Source: Salpingoeca rosetta
Lineage: Eukaryota; Protista; Choanoflagellata
DNA length: 64,000 nucleotides
Assembly (NCBI GenBank): GCA_033442325.1
Contig: JAWQFM010000010.1
Span: 1,350,132 to 1,414,131, forward strand
Direction of reading: 5' to 3'
Part shown: positions 12,306 to 25,706 of the stretch, one piece after another
Layout: the number at the start of each line of letters is the position of its first letter
How positions within the stretch are numbered: the stretch's first letter is position 1
Notes under the pieces: model-generated
Database searches by the model: none
Seen by the model: only the letters and a program-made list of their open reading frames with translations
Told to the model about the DNA's origin: nothing
Translations under genes and position numbers: made by a program

Positions 12306-14988
12306 TGGTGGTGCTGCTGTAGGGGGTGACAGCACGAAGCGCAAGAAGACCAACCTGTGTCTGCCGTACAGTGCAACGGCTCGGTACAGGCAGGGGTCTC
12401 GCGACCACCTCGTGCGCATGTGTGTCAAGATCAGGGGCATCCACAGCGACGCTGATCAGAGCAGCACACCCAACAGCGACAGAAACGAGCGTGCTGCTGG
12501 TGATGGTGACAACGATGAAGGTGCTGGTGGTGAGGAGAAGAGTCGTGACGGCACGAGCGTGGTTGGCTTGCCTGAGGACGGCGTGCTTGTGCTTGAGGCG
12601 CGGCTTGGGCGCGTGCAGACGGCGTACCAGGCCGCTGACAAGCGCATTGTCGTACCGCTGCACAGAGACATGACGCACACAGAGCTGCTGGAGCTGGCAC
12701 AGCTGTGGTACGTGCACGGCGAGGAGTACTGCAACGACCACGTCACCGTGCAGGTGGTGCTTGCCTCGGGCGTGGTGTATGCTGAGGGCGGTGTTGATGT
12801 GATGACGCCGTGCTTTGGCGTCGCAGAGGCGCAGCAGCGGTACATTGGGCCCCCGCTGGCAAAGGGCACGTACACGTGGACAAACGCCGAGCACATGCTG
12901 CAGTGCACGCGGTTCAGCGAGGAGTATGCGGGGCCTGACCCCCTCATGTTCTGGCCGCGCAAGTACCGCAAGCTGGTGGGCGACATGGTGAGTCCTGCCA
13001 CCGCCAAGTATGCCTTTGGCTACACGCCCGCGCTCACAGCAGCCAACGGGGCGGGCGAACAGCAGCAACGGCAACAGCCGCGGTACAAGGTTGGCCTGGT
13101 GGTGGTGGCAACAGGCTGGTACTACGCCTTTCTGGACGACTTTGTTGCCAGTGCTGAGGAGTTTTTCATGCCGGGCCACGAAGTGCACTACTTTGTGTTC
13201 ACGGACAACCGCCCCTTTGCTGCTGGCCCTGCTGACCGCATGCACATTCTCCGGCAGCCCGTGTACGGGTGGCCCTTTGACAGCATGTTCCGCTACGAGA
13301 GCATCCTGCGTCAGCGGCACCACTTTCGCAACATGGACTACATCTTCATGCTTGACTCGGACATTGTCTTCTCAAACTTTGTTCGCGAGGAGATTCTCGG
13401 GGAGATGGTGGGCGTGACGCAGGCGTTTGCATTTGGCCTGGCGCGCAGCGAGTACCCTCTGGAGAGCAACCCCGCGAGCGTCGCCTATGTGCCACAGAGG
13501 TCCACGCCGTGCTACTACGCCGGCGGCATCTTTGGCGGCACGGTCGAGGGGGCCGTTCGCTTCCTCCAGCACACGGCGTGGCTCATGGAGTGGGACATTA
13601 TGCAACAGGTCAGCGCGGGCCACGACGATGAATCATACCTCAACCGCATCTTCGCGTGGAACCCGCCGGACGTTGTGTTGCCCGCAAGCTACATCTACCC
13701 TGAGCCGCCTTGCGATCGCGCGTGGCAAGCCGGCGGCAGGCGATATGACGGCACGTATCCGCCGCGCATTTTGAATGTGGGGTGTAGGAAGGTGCTGGGC
13801 CTGCAGCCGGGGATGGGCCGTAAGACGCGCACAGAGGACGCAGGCACGCCGAAGGACTTTATGCTGCGGGAGGCACGCGCCCACGCCGCGGACATGACGC
13901 CAGGCACCGCCAACGAGCAACAGCAGCAAGAACAGCAGCAGAAACAGCAGCATGGTGGTGAAGGGGCAGAGGATGCATTGCTGTCCACGCCGCTGTGGAT
14001 GGTATCGTGCATCGACTCCTTGCCGGATGATCTCGACGACGGTGCGCATGATGACATGTGGGCGGACAGCATTGCCGCCGCACCACGGCGCCTGGCCAAC
14101 CACACCAGGCACGCCGGCGTTGTTTATGGCATGAGCAACGCGCTCCTGCAGCGGTTCTGGGCGGCGCGGGCCTCGCAGTTGCACCCGCCCACGCTGCACG
14201 TGGTTGCCGTGTCCCGCTGTGATGCGCAGGCGGTGGCGGCGTTGCTGCAGCTTGTGCAGGCGGATGTGGTGCTGGTCACTGACCCGGGCCTGACGCCAGG
14301 GTGGCAGGTGAACTTTGGCGTGTGGCGACGCATGCTGCAAGACAACAGTCGGCTGTGGAAGGCAGCGGGGCAGTCTGCAGGCGGTGATGGTGCTGGCGAT
14401 GACGTGACGGCGCCGTTGAGGATCGCTGCTGCGTGCCCCTTCCCCAGCAGCAAGTACCGGCAGATGAACCTGGGCACGCGTGCTGTGGGCAATCTGCTGT
14501 GCGGGTGGGACACGCAGGCTGCATCACACCCGAGCGATGGCCAGCGGGAGCGGGTGCTCGCCACAGACTTCCGCACGTACGTGTGTCGGGCGAAACCGCT
14601 GCATGATGTTGAAGACCACCAGGCGTTTATGGCACTCAAAGCGCCGCTGCTGTCTGCCATGAACAAAATCGGCGCACCTGTGGTGATGGAAGCAGATGCG
14701 CGCAGCAACCTTGGACTGCCCACACGCAGCGGCATTGACACACAACCACGCAGCCGTGGCGGCGGCGCTGCTGGGCGCGGTGGGGACGTGACGGGGAGCT
14801 TTGCACGGCGCACGATGGCAGCCCTGCGCTCCCTGATGCAATCGGAGGGCGGTGCCGCTGTGGAAGTTGCATCATGTTTCACAGACATGCAGCCGTTTAT
14901 TGCCGCGCCGGTTGTTGCGCGCACGTCTGCGAAGATGTGTTGCAGAACACGCTTCCTCGGTATGTGTTTGTCGTATCGAGAGTGCTAG
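9709..14988 (+). CDS. Intronless ~1759-aa type II membrane multi-domain glycosyltransferase: TM anchor, degenerate methyltransferase-like segment, GT32 (A4GALT/A4GNT-like), GT6 (ABO/alpha-1,3-Gal(NAc)T-like), unknown C-terminal region
   Basis: Uninterrupted ORF (first in-frame ATGs at 9709 and 9742). Basic tail plus TIVVIVLCITLLAAL. GT32 motifs NIFFVW..AVESA, SDFLRYVVLYKYGGLFSDTD, ANGVLRF, IGPHLVT. GT6 motifs KVGLVVVATGWY..FVASAEEFFMPGHEVHYFVFTD, DYIFMLDSD, YYAGGIFGG, HDDESYLN. Confidence 0.92.
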
Positions 14989-15072
14989 CCGGGCTGCTTT
15001 GCTCCTTTGCTTGCTCACATGTCGTGCAGCTTGTTCTGTGCTGTTCTTTATGTTAGCTCGATTTCAGCTTGT

Positions 15073-15175
<103 letters not shown>

Positions 15176-15480
15176 GGCACTATTCACTTGCTTTGTCCAC
15201 GCAAGAAGTGAGCCGCAGACGTGAACAACACCAACTTTAGGGAATGGAGGTTGTCCATGTGCAATGTATTGACGGGGTGAACAAGAGGAAGTGGGTACGG
15301 GCTGGTGTAGAAATGTTGTGGATGGGGTGTAAATGACTGGAGGGGGGGGGGGGCTGGTTGCGCCACGAACGAAAGCACTTTGAACAGAGACAATCGATGC
15401 ACATTCGGGCGCATGTCGTCGATCATGATACACCAAAAGAAGGAAGGAAGCAAGGAAGGAAGGGAGGGAGGGACGCTGAT

Positions 15481-15947
15481 TCACTTCTTCTTCTTCTTCT
15501 CTGTGGGTTTGGTTGCGCAGATGCGCGGGTGCGTGGGTGTGTGGGTGCGGGTGCATGTGAGAAAAGCAATAAAGGCACTGTGTGTATGCAAAGCAATGAA
15601 GCAACATGCGTGTGGGCAGCGGTTGTCCACATGAATGTGTACACGTGCATGTGTGCTTGCAACGAACGAACCAATCTGGCGCTTGATGAGCTGCTTGCGC
15701 TGGCTGCCCTTGCTGGCCCTGGAGAGGCGGCGGTAGTAGACAATACCGGCAACCAGCGCCGCCGCCACAAGCAGCGGCCACACCTGCTCCAGCAGCGCGT
15801 ATGCCATCCTGTCGCAGGATGGGGTGGGGGGTGGGGTGGGGTGATGGATGAGCACAAAGGATTGCAAAAACCAAAGCAGGCGGTTGGTGTAAGGACACAA
15901 TGAACGCATAAAACAGTGTTGGCAATGAAGCGGTGTTGGCAAACCAA

Positions 15948-15998
<51 letters not shown>

Positions 15999-16548
15999 AC
16001 ACACACACACACACTCTCTCTCTCTCTCTCTCTGATGCAATGCAATGTCACACGCACCGCTGAGCGTCACGCCACCACGTTGGCGTCTCATAAGCGATGA
16101 GGGCAATGTCGTAGTTCAACTGCAGCAAGCAAGCAAGGAGGGACGCAAGCAAGGAGGCGTGAGTGATTCAGGCTCAGGGCACCAAGTATGCGATGAGGAA
16201 GGCAGGTGGGACTCGAGCAGTCGCTTACGTGTGCGCCATCCGGAACGGGCTTGTTCTTGATGCGAAGGCTGGGGTCATCAAAACCAAGCTCGGGCGGAAT
16301 GATGGCCTGCACGCGAACACCGGGGCAGCGGCCCAGCAGTGCCTTCTCCACACCTGGAAGCCAGCCGGCGAGTGGGTGCGCGCGTGTGTGAGTGAGTGCG
16401 CGTGTATGTGGTGAGTGAGTGAGAGAGTGAGAGAGTGTGTGTGTTTGTACTGGGAGGGTCAAACACACTCGCGTGAGCTACCTGCATGCAATTGCAAGCA
16501 AGGAATCGCACACAGACACACACAGACATGCACAGACAGACAGACACA

Positions 16549-16631
<83 letters not shown>

Positions 16632-16912
16632 CAACCTCGAAGGGCTTGGCCTTGACCGACCCTGAAGACGTGGCCGCGGCCGTTGCCATTCTCATCGGGG
16701 CCTGCGTAGTCGATCATGTTGCCCTTGAACATGCCTGCGTACATGATGTGAGCAGCGTCGCCCTCACGCAGCTGCGCAGTTTGAACAGGCGCATGTCGAA
16801 ACGCACAGTGAGACGGCGAAGCAGCGAAGAAGGTAGAAGGAGAAGGAAAAGAAGAAGTAGGAGAAGTCGAGGAAAGAATAAGCAAATGAGAAGCCACGAC
16901 TGCGACACACAC

Positions 16913-16989
<77 letters not shown>

Positions 16990-17274
16990 GCTACGGACCG
17001 GGGTGGTGCACGCCTCGCCGCTCTCCAGGACCTTGACCAGAAGGCCAGAGCCATCCACCTCCTCAAACTCGGCCAAGGCTTCTTCCTCCGTCATTGTTGG
17101 AGCACCTTCTTCACTCTCCGTGTTGGTGGCAGGAGGGGGTGTTGCCGTTGCATCGGGGCTGCCTGCCTTTCCCTCGTCCACTTGCGCCACAACCAGCGGG
17201 CCGGTCGGGGTGAGACCACCACACACCACCAACACCACCGCAGCCAGCAGACACCACTGAACTCCACCACGCAT
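15481..17274 (-). CDS. ER membrane FKBP-type peptidyl-prolyl isomerase, FKBP11-like (signal peptide, FKBP domain, TM, poly-Lys tail)
   Basis: MRGGVQWCLLAAVVLVVCG signal; GLLVKVLESGEAC, GDAAHIMYAG, FRVGQGQALRG/VEKALLGRCPG..IIPPELGF..VPDGA; TM WPLLVAAALVAGIVYY; C-terminal ...EKKKKK* di-lysine-type tail. The 3' exon boundaries are approximate. Confidence 0.8.
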
Positions 17275-17374
17275 CTTCGTCTTTCTTTTTTGTTTTGCCT
17301 TTTTCTTCACTATAAATGTGCATGCAATCACATCGAACAAAAGAAAAGTTGAGGTGGCGGTGCTTGATGTGGTT

Positions 17375-17469
<95 letters not shown>

Positions 17470-17470
<1 letters not shown>

Positions 17471-17597
17471 TACGACGCCTTTTGATCAATGAGGAAGGAA
17501 ATCCTGCCTGCTTTTGTGCGCATTTGAATGCGATGCAGGTCGCGCCACTCCATGTGCAACGCTAACACCTGTGTGATGAGTTGTGCGCGCGCGCGTG

Positions 17598-17649
<52 letters not shown>

Positions 17650-19802
17650 GAGCCACGATGGGCGTGCAGGTGCATAACAACGAGATGACAGGGCAAGGAG
17701 AGGCGAATGAAGCAACGCAGAGCCACTCAAAACCCACTCACAGAGCCACTCACGTCGCGCTGTGTAATGTTGTTCAGCTTGTCAGAAGAGAAGTCGCCCT
17801 CCTTCACCTTCTTGCACGAGGCGCCCAACACTCCAAACAAGGTATTGGTCAACTGCACCAACCAAACACGTGCAGCAATTGATCACGACGTGTAAAAACA
17901 CAGCTTGGGCCCAGGCCAGTGATGATTGTCAATTGAAGCAGCACAGGACACAAGAAACGCAACGCACTGAAAACACCGCACAGCGCATGCGACGCGTACA
18001 CAATCACTACAGGCACACATACCTGCCACACGCGCCAGTGCTTCTCCACGAGAGAGAAGGTGATGAGGTATTTGCACGTGGGGTCGAAGGCTGTGGCCGA
18101 GATGGGCGCTGAATGCGCTTGCACAACCTGGCCATGCACATTCGCAGCACGTGGCACATTCAAAGCCGTGTCATGAGCGATGTAAAATTAAACACGCGCA
18201 CATGCACGCATGCACGCGACACGCACCTTCCACACTGTTGCAGTCTTGAGGTCGAAGATGGTGAGCTTGCCATCCTGAGCGCCCACAGCGAGGCCTGCAC
18301 CGCAGTGTGTTGTGCGTTGGTGGTACCCAAGGTGGAAGGGAGTGAACGCAACCAAGCGTACGGGAATGAGTATCATCAGCGTGTGAAGTGATACGGTGCG
18401 AACAAGCACGCACAGAGCATGCATGGGGATGAGGGTGGGGCTGGTGCACTCCTCCCCGCTCGCCACAATCGCTGACGCACGTGCTGTGGCGGACGACGTT
18501 GACGGCACGCGCGCAATCATGGGATATGTGCGGCAGATGTCAGACAGCACACGCTTGGCGAGCTGTTCGCACAACACACAGTGGTTGATTGATTGTGAGG
18601 GATACAGATCCAAGTGCCACACACGTATCACAGCCCTGGCGTAGTTATTACAATACAGCCAAAGCACCAAACTCTCACGCACTCTTTGCCCGTCCTTTCG
18701 ACATCACCTCACACACGCACACACGCACGCAAACACACACACACACACACACGCACACTCGCACGCACACGCACGCACACACACGCACACGCAAACACAC
18801 ACGCACACCCATACAGACAGACAAACACCACATCACCACCTTTGCGCATTTGGTGCGGGCGGTCTTGTTTGGATCAAGCGTGCGCATGACAGTGTCCACG
18901 ATTGTCTCGAGCTGATCCAGCAGCGACGACGGGTGACGCAGCACCAACTTCCGCAGCAACTGTGCAGCCAGGGCGCGGTCGGTCAAGCAAGGTCGCGTAG
19001 TGTGCACGTGGATGGAGGTGCATTTGGGAGGGTGCAAGTGTGCATGCGCGAGAGTGTGCATGTGAGGAAGGAAAGGAAGAGCAATGAGTGTGAAACACAT
19101 GCATGTGTGCCCTACAGCGCTACTCTCTCGTCGTCGTCATCATCATCGTACCGCGAGCATGCCCTCGGAGTAGTTGGCGTCGTCCCGCTCCACAAAGAAC
19201 GTGAGCGCATGGATAAACGCGCGAGGGGACTTGGTGACGACAACACTCAGTGCATGCAGGCACGCTGCGCTCAGCGTGGTGTCGTGCCCGCTGGCCAGAC
19301 GAATGATGGTGACTAGCATGGACTGCAAGCGCTTGCCATGCGACACGTGCATCGTCTGACACCCAGCTGTCACCGCCGTGATCGCCAGCACGCGGACGCT
19401 AGTGCCTGCAGCGAGCAGGATGAACAACGGGCGAGTAAAGCGGACATTGTGTGTGTGTGTGTGCGCGCGTGTGCGTGCGTGTGTGCGCGTGTGTGCGTGT
19501 ATGGGTACGGATGTTTGTATCAGCTACAGCGGCAACGCAAGCACATGCACGCGAAGACATTTGCACGTCCATCCCCCCTCCCTCAACCGTCCGCACTTTC
19601 CAACGCCAGCACCCAGGGCAACTCACTGATGGTTGGCGCCATGATGATGCGCTCCAGCAGCGCCACCAGCTGCTCGGTGTTCTTGAATGTCGCCAGGTCA
19701 AGATCCATCAGAATCGTCTCCAGAATCAGCGTTTCAACCTGCCACAATGGTGATCATTGTGGATGGCGAATGAGAACACGGGTCAGCACATGAACTCATG
19801 TA

Positions 19803-19835
<33 letters not shown>

Positions 19836-20788
19836 ACTTGTTGTGTACACATGTCATCCAACGGAGTGTAGCTTGTAACAATCACAGTCGCCACCACCAC
19901 CACCACCTCGATCGTACGTCTGCAGTTGAGATGTGGTCCAGGGTCTGCGGGGTGTCCGCCTCCAGCTGGTGCAGCAGTCCGCGGCGGTCTGTGTCGCTCA
20001 GCTGAACACATGCGCAGCAAAAACCAACACAAGACACAAGCAAGCAGACAAGTAAGCGGTTTGCGTGAACGATCATTGGAGTGAGCGGGTGGATGATCGT
20101 TTCGTTGTTGTTGGTACTCATGGACACACCGCACACGCACACACACACACGTACGCGGGAGACGCCGCTGCGAATGAGAGCACGCGCTCCCTCGGCAAAC
20201 TCCTCGCAGCGATGCTGTGGAAGCACGCGTGAAACAGTCACATGTGTGAGCATGTGTGTGTATGTGTGAGTACGCGTGCACTTGGTTATGAGTTGGTGAA
20301 GGCACCATGATGCACAAAAGCGCAGCAAGAGAAAGAGAAGTACACAGCACCTGAGCGGAAAAAAAAACACCACCGTCATCGGCAGCATCAACAACAACAA
20401 CAAAGCACGCCCCCTCCCTTTTCTCCTGCATGCCGCACCTGCCAGAACCGTGCTAGCAAGCGGATGTCACTCGGCGCCGTGTGCGCAACATCGCGATGAA
20501 GATCATCGAGGAAGTGCGGCACAATGCTCAGCCACAGCGCCTGGTTCTCCCCCTGGCACTCAATCTCCTGCACGTGTCAAGTAAATGATTGAGTGCGCGT
20601 GTTTGTATGTATGTGTGTGCGTGCGTGGGTGTGCGTGGGTGTGCGTGGTGTGCATGTGTGCGTGTGTGTGCGTGTGTGTGCGTGTGTGCGCGTGTGTATG
20701 TGTGTATTCGTGCGTGCGTGCGTGCGTGCGTGTGAGCAGTTATCACATTCCAGATGGGCATGTTGAGCAAGCACGCTTCCCTCGCACG

Positions 20789-20882
<94 letters not shown>

Positions 20883-21838
20883 AACAAGCAAACATATCCT
20901 CCCCCTCCCTTCCCCCTCTCCCGCTCTGTGAGTGAACACAGCGGCGCACCGAGACGGCGTTGAGGAGAACGTAGACGGCAAAGCTGTGCATGGTGACAAA
21001 GTACGGCGTGAGCTGCCACCGCCGCTCCTTGGGCTGGTTCGGCAGCAGGAACGTCGGTTTGGCGTGAGACCCAGAGACACCGCACGCCACGTGCTTGCAT
21101 GGACCAACGAGGTGCACTTTGCTCAGATCAAACGTCGAGTCCTCCCAGCGCAGCAGCAGCGAGAGCACAAAGTCGAGAATGGCGAGCTCTGTGCGTGCAT
21201 TCAGGCCCTCGTCCTCCGCATCCTCCACAAACGACGTCTGGCGCTGGCGCCGCGGCTTTGGTGTTGACGACGACTGCGGAGACGACGTGAGTGACCCCGC
21301 GGGCGATCCGTGCTGCTGCTGCTGCTGCTGCTGGTGGTGGTGGTGGTGGTGGTGGTGGTGTGGTGCTGGCGCTGACAGGAGCCGTGAGGGCGTGGTTGTG
21401 TGCGACATGCGCCGTCCCACCGGCTGTCTGCGCCGGTGTTGTGACGATGTGGACGCACCGCCCAGCGCCGCCCGCGTCGCGCTCTTGTGATGATGGCGAC
21501 GACCATCACCACCGCTGCCGCTGTTGTGGTGCTCCTCCTCCTCCTCCTCATGGTCCTCGTCGTGTTCCGGGTCGTCAAAGTCTGTTGTTGGGCGGATGCT
21601 GGTGTTGCGATGCACGGGGCCACCAAACACGTCCTCCCCGTCCTCGCCACCACCGGCAACGGCGCTTGTGTTGGCGCTCACGCCATCATCGTCATTGTCA
21701 TCATCACCATCTTCGTCGTTGTCGTGCATTGTGTGCTTGCGTGTCAGGCGGTGCGGGCTCAGGTGCGACGGTGACAGCGGTGTTCGAGCCGGCAGCCTGT
21801 CATCCCGCCGCTCCACAGCCGCATCCAACAAACTCCTA

Positions 21839-21933
<95 letters not shown>

Positions 21934-22362
21934 GTGTGTGTGTGTGTGTGCGTGTGTGTGTGTGTGGTGAGGGGGTTGAGTGTACCATTGAAAGAACGTG
22001 GTGTGACACTGAAAGTTGATCGTTGCAAGGAGCCCGGAACTCATCAACGACAGCAGCGCGTAACGGACTGCATCACCGCTAAACCCTACACGCAGTCAGC
22101 ACATGCCCATGTCAATGGATGAAACCATGTCATGACCGTACAGGTAGAATGTGTCGTTGAGCTTGTGCAGGCGTGAGACGGTCTCCTCCAGGTTGACTTG
22201 AATAAACAGCACCTGCGTGGCAGCGAGGTGACAAAGTGAAGTGAAGCAAAGTGACACGAGTGCGAATGAGTTGGAGGCAGCCATTGCTGTAGTGATTCGC
22301 ATCCACAGACGCACAAACACTATCAAATACACACACTCTCACAAACGCACGCTTACAAACGC

Positions 22363-22393
<31 letters not shown>

Positions 22394-22769
22394 TTCAATC
22401 ATGACACATCCAACATATGTGCGTGTGTGCGTGCGTCAGTGTGCCTCACCACGTTGCCGGCGCTGTCGAGTCGACCCGTGACGACAGAGACGCCGCCGCT
22501 AACAGCTGCGGGCGCCTTTGCGTCCAACGGCACAGCAGATGCGGTGATGTTCTTTGCAATCTGCCCAGAGGCCGTGCCCTCGAGATGGCCCGTCTCCAGC
22601 TGCCAGATGTACGCCGCGCCGTTTGTGCACGACACTACCATGCTCTCCTCCGGTGGCAGCCAGTAGATGGACTGGTGACCCAAAGTTCGCAGCGGCAGCG
22701 GTAGGGGCGTGAGCGTCAGTTACGTTGTGGTCTGTTCTGTTGTTGTGTTGAGTGAACAGAAATTCAAGC

Positions 22770-22831
<62 letters not shown>

Positions 22832-24902
22832 CTTAAACAACAACAACAACTTAAACAACAACAACAACGACAACAACAACAACTTAAACGACAACTTAAA
22901 CAACAACAACAACGACGACGACAACAGAACGCCATTTGCATCGTGTTCAGTTCACCCAACGCACCTGCACGGGAAATGCGTGGCCGGCGAAGCGCAGAAC
23001 ACACGTCATGTGCAGGAGGTTGTAGATGGCGATGGAGTGGTCTGTGGCGGCGGTGAAGATGCACTGGCGCCACACGGGGCTCAGGTCCATGTGCAGATGC
23101 CCAACCCGCGTCACCTGCAGGGCGAGGGAAAGCGCGTGTGTGCATGTGTGTATGTGTGTATGTGTGTGTATGTGTGTGTATGTGTGTGTATGTGTGTGTA
23201 TGTGTGAACGTATGCAACGGGTTATCCCAAAAAACTATCACACGAGGAGACACAAGAGCACATATGTGACAGCCGCGCGCTCCATTGCCCGCCCGACCTC
23301 GCCGCACTGCTGGTTGAACGTGTGGATGCGCTTCATGGTGCGCCGGTCCCATATGTGCAGATCAAAGTCCGCTCCAGACGACACTGATTCGTGAGGGGGG
23401 AGGTGATGTGAAGTGTGTGTGTGTGTGAGCTGGGGCACGTGTTTGAGGTGGGGCACGTGGGCATGCAGTGCATTGACAAACACTCTCGAGCATGCACAAT
23501 ACACGTGTGGTGATGCGAATGAATGAACAAGAACAGATCCAGACGCAGGCAGTGCAATCAAAACAGCATCACCGCACGCATCAACAACAACACGAACAGC
23601 GCACCGAAGATATTGGAGAGGGACCCGCGGCAGTGGAACAAACAGCGCACACGGCCCTGGTGGGCGTGCAGGCGCAAGGCTGGGGCGTCGTTGAACAGCG
23701 ACGCGTACTTGGACGGACGGTCAAACAGACTGATGAGGCACAACGCAGCATGATCGCGGACACACGGGTGAGTGAGGGGGGGGCTGAACTGAGAAGGGAA
23801 CAATCGAACGAAAGACGGATGTGGCTCGATCCTGAAGAACGGTGCGCGCACACCCGCAGTCAATCACACATGCCGACAATTGCACACACCCACACATACA
23901 TACACGCACACACTGACAATTGCATACACATAAATGCACACACACACGCACACGCACACACACACACACACACCTCCAGAGCAGATGCGCCGTGTCGCAC
24001 ACAACCAAATCGCCCGACATCAGCCCAAACACATGCACGGAGTTCAGACTGCTCTGCTCATTCTGCAAAGGTCAATTGGGACACACAAATGGTTTTGTGC
24101 GTGCGTGAGTGAGTGGGTGGGTGGGTGACTGGGTGAGTGAGTGGGTGGGTGAGTGAGTGAGGGGAGTGAGTGAGTGAGGGGAGTGAGTGTGTGTGTGTGT
24201 CATGGGTTGTTTTGACACTGCAGCTGAGTCGCCCGCTTTTCTTTCCCTATGACAGCGAACACGGCGAAAAGAATGCGCGTGCCTTGAGCGTGAGCAGTGT
24301 GGCAATCTTGTCGTCTGCATCGAGAAACGGCAGCTGGTCCAGTTGTTTCTGGCAATCACACAACCATATCACACACACACACAACCAAATCACACACACA
24401 CACACACACGACGGGATATGAGGGCCTGATGGTGCACATGTGTTCAAGATGACGGTCTGTCTCGCACACACGCCCGCAAAACCTACTCACGCACAAACAC
24501 ATACGCACGCACGCACGCACACACGTACCTGGGTCCATGCGTTTGCGAACGATGCATGCAGTTTCGCCTTGAGATTTGGGCCGACTTTCGTCACGCCATG
24601 GACATGACCGCCTGCTGTTGATGCATGCGCGTGAGGGCGTGCATATTGGGGCAGTGTTAAAGCCAGGCAGTACAAGGTGAAGGACGCGAGCATTCGCGCC
24701 CGCACGCTGCGGTGTAAGTGAAAAGGCAACAACCAATTTGCACAGGGCAACAACACCAGCAACAAGAACAGCACCACCATCACCACCAACACCATCACCA
24801 CCAACACCATCACCACCGACCTGACGCGGCCGTGATCAGCGGAATGTCAGAGTCAGATCGAATGCGATTCGCAGAAAAGCACACAGGACCCTCCTGCTCA
24901 CA

Positions 24903-24996
<94 letters not shown>

Positions 24997-25483
24997 AGTC
25001 ATTGACGTGTAACCATAACAGCGGGGAGCATCACTCCGCCACCCCCTCCCCAATGCGACTGCTTTTAGCTTTTGTCTTCACCTCAATATTTTGCAGCTGC
25101 AGCGTTGACGTCAGTGCCAGCGCCACGGGCTCAATGTTTGGCCTCTGGTCCTGTTGGTGCAACAGCGACGGTGGAGAAGAAGTGACACCGAATGAGACGT
25201 GCTCAACCGCTCCGATGTGACGCTCGGTGGCAGCAAGATGGTGAAATGCACGACGCGCATGTGTGCAAGGTGGCATTAACGCCTCAATCACACACAGAAC
25301 ACACGCACTCATGCATTCACACGCACACACGCAAAACACACGCACTCATGCATTCACACACAGACCTGGTGGTTCTCCGGTGGGCAGACCTTGCATGGCT
25401 CGTTGGGATTTTTGCCGTCCACAAATTGCGCAACATCAAAGCACTTGATCTCACCGGCCTGACGCGTACACATGTGCATGAGT

Positions 25484-25540
<57 letters not shown>

Positions 25541-25665
25541 GTGTGAGGAAAACGGGGGAGGTGCGAGCTTGCGTGCGTGTATGCATGTGGGTGTGCGCAT
25601 ACGTGACTGCCGCACAGACGGCAGGCAGTCGTGTGCCTCCGTTTTCACTCGCAAGCACGTCCTCG

Positions 25666-25706
<41 letters not shown>

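Noticed and set aside
9763-14924. Long antisense and alternate-frame ORFs over the glycosyltransferase (e.g. 9763-11253, 11998-13323)
   Set aside because: Shadow ORFs expected from GC-rich codon bias, with no motifs.
9709-14988. Identification as the known rosette genes jumble or couscous
   Set aside because: Size and domain content (GT32 + GT6, ~1760 aa) do not match what I recall of those proteins, so no symbol was assigned.
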